DNA from: a virus
Lineage: Duplodnaviria; Caudoviricetes
IMG/VR virus record: IMGVR_UViG_3300022307_000009
Span: 1 to 30,862 of that record
Direction: 5' to 3' (one strand)
DNA length: 30,862 bases
The number at the start of each line of letters is the position of its first letter. The first letter of the stretch is position 1. Shown in pieces: positions 25,606 through 30,862 of the stretch. Position numbers and translations under genes: made by a program. The notes under the pieces are model-generated. The model was not told the DNA's origin, did no database searches, and worked only from the letters and a program-made list of their open reading frames with translations.

Positions 25606-25851
25606 ATGGCAATGAACGCAGCAGCAATGGGCGCGGCAATCAAGGCTCAATTAGTGACTGACGGACTGGCGGTAGATGACGCGAGTGTGACAGATGTATG
25701 GACATCGGTATCGACTGCTATCATCGCACACATGACCACTAACGCGGTAGTCTCGACAACTGGACTGCCAACTCTTTCTGTTCAAGTAACGCCAGCAACC
25801 GGAACTGGCGCAACAACCGTACCGGACACTACTACCGGAACAATAGCATGA
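25606..25851 (+). CDS. small baseplate protein (possible spike tip)
   Basis: 81 aa between gp45- and gp46-like genes; tight spacing; Thr/Gly-rich C-terminus. Confidence 0.55.
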   Translation: MAMNAAAMGAAIKAQLVTDGLAVDDASVTDVWTSVSTAIIAHMTTNAVVSTTGLPTLSVQVTPATGTGATTVPDTTTGTIA

Positions 25852-26303
25852 CCCACTTAATCGACATAGCATTGACCGATAGAAACGGGATGTATGATAT
25901 TAGCTTTGGCGCGGACGGTGATTTTGCAATGACAGAAGGATTTGACACCGCAATATTAATGTCGATTTTTTGCGAGCAAAGAGCAAGTGAATCAGAAGTG
26001 CCGGACGCTATCAGGCGCAGGGGATGGATAGGCAATTTATTCTACAATGAAAATGGATTCGAGAATGGGTCAAAAATGTGGATACACTTAGACCAAGGCC
26101 GCGTGACAAATAACGTATTAAACGCTGTTAAAGATTCCGCCACAACTGGCTTAGAGTGGCTAATAAAAGACGGGTACGCATTAGATAATTTGGCGGAAAT
26201 ATCCGTAATAAATGGCGGGCCTCAGCTAAAAATAACAACCAGCGTGAGTGATTCAAAAGTAGAAGCAAGATATTTTGACGTGTGGAGCGCAACCGGAACA
26301 TGA
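25848..26303 (+). CDS. baseplate protein (Mu gp46-like)
   Basis: FDTAILMSIFCEQRA, RRGWIGN, GSKMW, LEWLIKDG. Confidence 0.9.
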   Translation: MTHLIDIALTDRNGMYDISFGADGDFAMTEGFDTAILMSIFCEQRASESEVPDAIRRRGWIGNLFYNENGFENGSKMWIHLDQGRVTNNVLNAVKDSATTGLEWLIKDGYALDNLAEISVINGGPQLKITTSVSDSKVEARYFDVWSATGT

Positions 26304-27598
26304 GCATTCAATACCCAAAAGATCAAAAAGAACTTGTCGATTCGTCTAAAACCGACTTTCAAAGACATAATCCAGAGACTAATCCGTGGCTTAAAAACAG
26401 TTTTATTGGCGCTTTATTAACTTCTTTATCGCTTCGCGTTTGGGATTTTTACATCCAACTAAAGGAATTCGAGAAAGAATTATTTCTTCCAACGTCCGAC
26501 AGATTTTTGTCGGTGTTCGGCGCATGGTGGGGTGTGCCGCAAAACCAAGCCACTATATCTAGCGGAAATGTAGTCGCCACTGGAACAGCTACAAGTGTTA
26601 TCGCTTTAGGATCTCAATTGCAATCCACGTCCGGGAATAAATATCTAACTACGGCAATAGGCACCATACTCACATCGTCAATAGCCATAATGTCGATGAC
26701 TCGCAGCGGATCAGTAGTGACCGCTACCACTTCGGCGGTACATAATTTATCATCACAGATTAATGTAACAATTTCCGGCGCAGTCGAAACCGAATACAAC
26801 GGCGTGCAATCAATCAATGTTACAGGGCTTAATACTTTTACTTTCGCTATTACGACAACGCCAACTACTCCAGCCACAGGTACAATATTAGGGGGAGTTA
26901 CTTTTGCAAATATCCCCGTCGAGTCGGTAGGGTATGGCTTGGCTGTCAACGTAGGGGCAGGTGAGGCGCTTACATTTACATCGCCGATTGCTGGCGTGGA
27001 TTCTGATGCAAGATCGGATTATTCGGCGATCACTCAAGGCGCTGATGCAGAGTCAAAAACCGACTGGCGCAACAGAATACTTGATCGAGTTCAAAAGCCA
27101 GTGTCACATTTTAACGCCGCCGACATAATCTCAAAAGCAAAAGAAGTGACAGGCGTAACGAGAGTATTTGTTAAGCGCGCAACACCGGCAGCAGGCCAAG
27201 TTACGGTCTATTTTGTGAGAGATAACGACGCAAGCATAATTCCAGACGCGGCAGAAATAGCGACAACAAAAACCAAGATCGAGGAGATTTTACCGGCCAC
27301 GGTCGATACTTCGGCATTAATTGTGTCGGCTCCCGTAGCAGTGACAGCCAACTTTGCATTTACCGCAATATCCCCTGACACAACAACAATGAGGGCCGCA
27401 ATCGAAAGAAGCCTCTCGGTAGTTGTGAAAAAGCAAACCGAGGGAGTGGATTTTAAAGAAGATGATTATCGTTCCGCGATTGTAACCACAGTGGATCGAG
27501 ATACTAACACGGCATTAACCAGCTTTACATTAACAACAACTGGCGATTTTACTGTAATTGCTGGCAGTATAGCGGTGATGGGTACGGTGACATTTTGA
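26300..27598 (+). CDS. baseplate wedge J-like protein (Mu gp47) with inserted beta-domain
   Basis: GADAESKTDWRNRIL, AKEVTGVTRVFV, GQVTVYFVRD. ATG 26300 (ATGA overlap) is preferred to the track's GTG 26282. Confidence 0.9.
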   Translation: MSIQYPKDQKELVDSSKTDFQRHNPETNPWLKNSFIGALLTSLSLRVWDFYIQLKEFEKELFLPTSDRFLSVFGAWWGVPQNQATISSGNVVATGTATSVIALGSQLQSTSGNKYLTTAIGTILTSSIAIMSMTRSGSVVTATTSAVHNLSSQINVTISGAVETEYNGVQSINVTGLNTFTFAITTTPTTPATGTILGGVTFANIPVESVGYGLAVNVGAGEALTFTSPIAGVDSDARSDYSAITQGADAESKTDWRNRILDRVQKPVSHFNAADIISKAKEVTGVTRVFVKRATPAAGQVTVYFVRDNDASIIPDAAEIATTKTKIEEILPATVDTSALIVSAPVAVTANFAFTAISPDTTTMRAAIERSLSVVVKKQTEGVDFKEDDYRSAIVTTVDRDTNTALTSFTLTTTGDFTVIAGSIAVMGTVTF

Positions 27599-28137
27599 AG
27601 CTTTTAACTGACCACTCATTATCTGATCACGCGGATAGTATCGCGGATTACATGCCGAACGATAGATTATTTGGCGCTAAGAAAATAAAAAACTCAGCGC
27701 TTCGTAAATTCGTCGAGGGCTGCGCGTATCTCGAAATGAAAGCCGAGGATAGATTAAACCAAGTATCATCTGAATACGACATCCGAACAACCACGGATTA
27801 TATATCTGAGTGGGAGAGGTTCGTAGGCATCCCTGATGACTGCTTTGATATAAGTACTGACATCCAAACAAGGCGAGAACAGGTTTTAACTAAACTGGTC
27901 TCTTTTAATCTTCAAACCGAGCAGGATTTTGTTAGTCTGGCCGCAGCATTCGGAATGGTGATAACGATCGACTCAACGACCTCGTTTAACGTAGTGATTA
28001 CAGGCCCGAATATCGTAGCATTCGTCCCGCCGTATGATGTTCCATTTACGCCAACGGCAGATCAATCGTCATTAGTGTGCTGGATAACCGATTTAATAGA
28101 CGCTTTAAGTAACGTAACATTTGTTAATGCACCATAG
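27595..28137 (+). CDS. baseplate wedge protein (Mu gp48/YmfQ, DUF2313-like)
   Basis: EYDIRTTTDYISEWERFVGIPDDC, TRREQVLTKL, FVSLAAAFG. Confidence 0.88.
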   Translation: MKLLTDHSLSDHADSIADYMPNDRLFGAKKIKNSALRKFVEGCAYLEMKAEDRLNQVSSEYDIRTTTDYISEWERFVGIPDDCFDISTDIQTRREQVLTKLVSFNLQTEQDFVSLAAAFGMVITIDSTTSFNVVITGPNIVAFVPPYDVPFTPTADQSSLVCWITDLIDALSNVTFVNAP

Positions 28138-28147
28138 GTGATTTATG
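28133..28147 (+). repeat. 15-bp direct repeat CATAGGTGATTTATG, copy 3
   Basis: Exact match; contains the gp48 stop and the tail fibre start. Confidence 0.9.
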
Positions 28148-30094
28148 TCAGCATCAAATAAAGTATTTGTAAATAGTTCAACGCCAGCATGTGAAGACGC
28201 TGATCTCAATGGATTCAATAACGAAAACAATAACCTCATTATTGGGTCAGGCCAAACATTAAGCCCGGCAGATAATCAGCAAACACATAAAGCAGTATCA
28301 ATATACTCGGCTGGAGGAGACTATTACCTTGATACAGGAACCGCTACTGCATACATATTGGGCGTGATCGGACTGCAAATATCCCCAGATGCTTATTTTG
28401 ACGGAATGCGGATTAGGTTTATTGCGAACACAACAAACTCAGGGCCGGCAACAATTAATGTGGCAGGGCTTGGAATTGTTAATTTGTATTTAAATGGTGC
28501 CGCTATGTCCGCCAATTACATTGTCGCAGGAGAGTATATAGAGGCAACTTATGGAGCAAGTAGGTTTAATGTCAATCATTTAAGTGGATCTTCATCAGAA
28601 ATCATTAGTGGTGTATGGGATTTCATTAATGGGTTTTCTGCCGGGTCGATAATGAAAGCTGGTTTATCAGCAAGCGGCGCTGAAGTTTTAAGCATTGGTA
28701 AGAGTACTATTGAGAATTGGGTTGCTGGATTTACTGCGCTTCAGGTCGGCGGACTTGCTTCTATTTTATCAGCTACTACTGAAGGGACAGGAAACATAAC
28801 GCGCATATTGAATAATGCTTATTATGATACTGGCTTTAAAGCAATAGTTAATGATGAAGCCACGTCGTTTGAATCGTTGAACGGAGTTTTTAGCTGGCAC
28901 AGTGCGCCAGCCGTTGCAGCAGATACCGCAATCACTTTCACTGAAGTAATGAAAGCTGGATTGTCTGCAAGCGGCGCGGAAGTTTTAAGCATCGGTAAAG
29001 GCGCTTTTGAAAATTGGGGTTCGGCTTTCTCAATATTGCAGATTGGTGGTATGGGTGCTATTTACGGTACACAGGCCGAAAGTGTAAATTCTGCGACTGG
29101 TATATCCTCTAATACCTGTGCTGATAAGTATATATCAAACGCTGCGGCGTCTTATTACGCGCAGCAAGCAGGCACTCACGTATGGTCAGCAGCAATAAGC
29201 GGCACAGCAGATGCAGCGATCACTTGGATTGAACTACATCGATCGGGCTTATCAGCAAGCGGCGCGGAAGTTTTAAGCATCGGTAAAGGCACTTTTGAAA
29301 ACACACATGGAACACTTTCAGCTTTGCAACTTGGTGGGAACGCGGCGTTAGTGGCAAGTCAAGCTGAAGGTGGCTCGGGTACATTATGGATAGCACAAAA
29401 TACTTACAACGACGGCAATTGGAGATATATATCAAACGCTGCGGCGTCTGTATACGCGCAGCAAGCAGGCACTCACGTGTGGTCAACGAAATCTAGCGGG
29501 ACAGCGGACACGCCAGTCAATTTCACCGAAGTAATGCGAATCGAAAGCGACGGTTCGGTCGAAGTAGGCGCGGGATTAACTAACCAAGGCATAGGCACAT
29601 TAAACACGCTCAATGGGCTTTATGTTAATAACAAGAAACTACTTATAGGCAAGGGAGCCTTAGTCAAAAAAACAGCGGTGCAAAGCATCCCACATGGAGT
29701 AGCGACATACCTTATATTCGATGCGGAAGAGTATGATACCGATGCAATACATGACAATGTTACCAATAATGATAGGGTGACCGTTCCAGTCGGCGTTACT
29801 AAGGTCAGGATTTCTGCACAGATATATATGGTTTTCGACCAATACACAACGGTAACCTTGGCTATACATAAAAATGCATTATTATACGCTTACGCCGGTT
29901 TTGCGACCGGGACTAATTCTGGCGTAGGTGCTGGGTCGACTAATGCACCTGTCCAGATTATGACTGCGGAATTAGATGTTGTTGCTGGTGATTATTTTAA
30001 AGTTCAGGCATACCAAACGAATACCGCAGCCTCAGCCAGAAACACTTTTGCTACATCCGGGACAACTTGGTTATCTATGGAGCTTATCGCTTAA
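28145..30094 (+). CDS. tail fibre protein with three internal repeats and a C1q/TNF-like C-terminal domain
   Basis: N-terminal DTGTATAY...YFDGMRIRF...NSGPATINV; GLSASGAEVLSIGK three times; C-terminal LIFDAEEYDTD...VVAGDYFKVQAYQ...TWLSME. Confidence 0.88.
   Translation: MSASNKVFVNSSTPACEDADLNGFNNENNNLIIGSGQTLSPADNQQTHKAVSIYSAGGDYYLDTGTATAYILGVIGLQISPDAYFDGMRIRFIANTTNSGPATINVAGLGIVNLYLNGAAMSANYIVAGEYIEATYGASRFNVNHLSGSSSEIISGVWDFINGFSAGSIMKAGLSASGAEVLSIGKSTIENWVAGFTALQVGGLASILSATTEGTGNITRILNNAYYDTGFKAIVNDEATSFESLNGVFSWHSAPAVAADTAITFTEVMKAGLSASGAEVLSIGKGAFENWGSAFSILQIGGMGAIYGTQAESVNSATGISSNTCADKYISNAAASYYAQQAGTHVWSAAISGTADAAITWIELHRSGLSASGAEVLSIGKGTFENTHGTLSALQLGGNAALVASQAEGGSGTLWIAQNTYNDGNWRYISNAAASVYAQQAGTHVWSTKSSGTADTPVNFTEVMRIESDGSVEVGAGLTNQGIGTLNTLNGLYVNNKKLLIGKGALVKKTAVQSIPHGVATYLIFDAEEYDTDAIHDNVTNNDRVTVPVGVTKVRISAQIYMVFDQYTTVTLAIHKNALLYAYAGFATGTNSGVGAGSTNAPVQIMTAELDVVAGDYFKVQAYQTNTAASARNTFATSGTTWLSMELIA
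28650..29540 (+). repeat. three tandem ~290-bp (96-99 codon) intragenic repeats
   Basis: Anchor GCAAGCGGCGC at 28670, 28967 and 29255; 36-nt identity between 28967-29002 and 29255-29290; a 60-nt block at 29129-29188 versus 29426-29485 with 4 mismatches. Confidence 0.9.
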
Positions 30095-30113
30095 TATAAT
30101 TAGAGGAATAATC

Positions 30114-30416
30114 ATGGCTTTTAAAGAGTACAATTTCTTAGAAATAGAATACAACGATAATGACGATACATGCAAAGTCACCGTTGAAATTACCGATGAT
30201 GTAATCGGTACAGTAGGTAAAACATTTATTCTCGAATCGTCTGAATTCAAAGGCAAAGGCTTTAACGCTAATGCTCGTAACGCTAAAATTAAGCAGTTAG
30301 TAAAGCAGCGCGTGAAATCAATCCACGAAATGATGGTGGATGGTGCGACAAAAAGAAAAGCGCCGAAAGCTAAAACAAAAATACCACCATTTGCAAAAGT
30401 CACCACACTGAATTAA
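30114..30416 (+). CDS. hypothetical protein (100 aa), post-fibre
   Basis: ATG 30114 follows a GAGGA RBS; the track's 29976 start would overlap the fibre gene by 119 nt. Confidence 0.65.
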   Translation: MAFKEYNFLEIEYNDNDDTCKVTVEITDDVIGTVGKTFILESSEFKGKGFNANARNAKIKQLVKQRVKSIHEMMVDGATKRKAPKAKTKIPPFAKVTTLN

Positions 30417-30428
30417 GAGGAAGTAATA

Positions 30429-30812
30429 ATGAAAGTTAAGATGCTTGATTTAATTAATAGTAGAAATGCATTAGGCGCAATGAGACAAATACCATTCAGA
30501 GCAATTTACGGCATTAAAATTGGCAAGGCTATCAAGGCGATAAATCTTGAGTTATCTGAATTCGATTCTATTGTAAAAGAAAAGCGTGACGCAATAACGA
30601 AAAATGGCGAACCAACTAATGAGCAGATTAAAGATTTTGAATCTGAGGTAAACGAGGCTACAAGCGAAGATATTGATCTCGATGTTCAAAGCGTGAATTT
30701 TTCGTGGTTTGCAAAAAAAGGTGGCCCAATAACTGATGAAACTGAATGGCATGATTTCGCGCCTGCCAATTTTGAGCTGTTAGATTGGCTTATTGTTGAC
30801 GACGTTAATTAG
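30429..30812 (+). CDS. phage protein, DUF1617-like
   Basis: GAGGA RBS; helical pattern NALGAM...IKIGKAIKAINLELSEF...FESEVNE...DIDLD typical of small post-fibre proteins. Confidence 0.5.
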   Translation: MKVKMLDLINSRNALGAMRQIPFRAIYGIKIGKAIKAINLELSEFDSIVKEKRDAITKNGEPTNEQIKDFESEVNEATSEDIDLDVQSVNFSWFAKKGGPITDETEWHDFAPANFELLDWLIVDDVN

Positions 30813-30862
30813 TGGGTCGAGTCTTAACTCAATGAAATAAATTTGATTTAGCAAAACAAGGA

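Noticed and set aside
18574-28137. Transposable Mu-like phage, tailocin or eCIS
   Set aside because: Only the tail is Mu-like. No transposase or Mu ends are in view, and a full head and packaging module is present.
28650-29300. Regularly spaced 36-nt repeats as a CRISPR array
   Set aside because: Spacing is about 290 nt, the repeats are coding and in frame, and there are no cas genes.
29129-29485. Near-identical 60-nt pair as a diversity-generating retroelement TR/VR
   Set aside because: Mismatches (TAT/GTA, A/G) are not confined to adenines of one copy, both copies are in-frame parts of tandem protein repeats, and there is no reverse transcriptase in the window.
127-30752. Numerous antisense or alternate-frame ORFs in the track (e.g. 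4851-5288, 8043-8270, 8398-8697, 21926-22372, 25298-25639, 30071-30406)
   Set aside because: They lie within well-supported genes, show no motif I recognise, and look like shadow ORFs.
30813-30862. Terminator after the last gene
   Set aside because: Only a 4-bp stem (GAGT/ACTC) with no U-tract; the window ends in AAGGA, suggesting another gene follows.

Overview
A ~31 kb, AT-rich segment of a tailed dsDNA phage or prophage, probably infecting a Proteobacterium (inferred from the lambdoid Nin genes and sigma70-type promoters). Left to right: (1) end of a lambdoid early region (NinB/YbcN-like, NinG, one unknown); (2) a promoter, structured RNA and terminator interval; (3) a displaced fibre/appendage-like operon (1662-5855) where lambdoid phages usually carry Q and lysis genes; (4) a ~3.2 kb accessory island (5893-9089) with ParB-N plus an ABC-type ATPase-GNAT fusion on + and a convergent four-gene operon on - (two unknown proteins, one very acidic, an HTH-like protein and an ASCH protein) under a promoter with a palindromic operator; (5) terminase, HK97-type portal, protease, capsid and neck genes; (6) a Mu-like contractile tail (sheath, tube, frameshifting chaperone, short tape measure, gpN, gp44-48, tail fibre with three internal repeats and a C1q-like tip). 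The best candidate for an undescribed system is the island: a putative nucleic-acid acylation writer (ATPase-GNAT) overlapping a putative eraser/reader (ASCH), next to an acr-aca-like operon, and bounded by a relic copy of the terS 5' end. Other signals read directly from the DNA are an exact 15-mer at three fibre-related gene starts, a shared CCATAA promoter element at three late-gene starts, a multi-hairpin capsid leader and a nested beta-domain shared by two tail proteins. All family calls come from motif recognition by eye; no searches were run.
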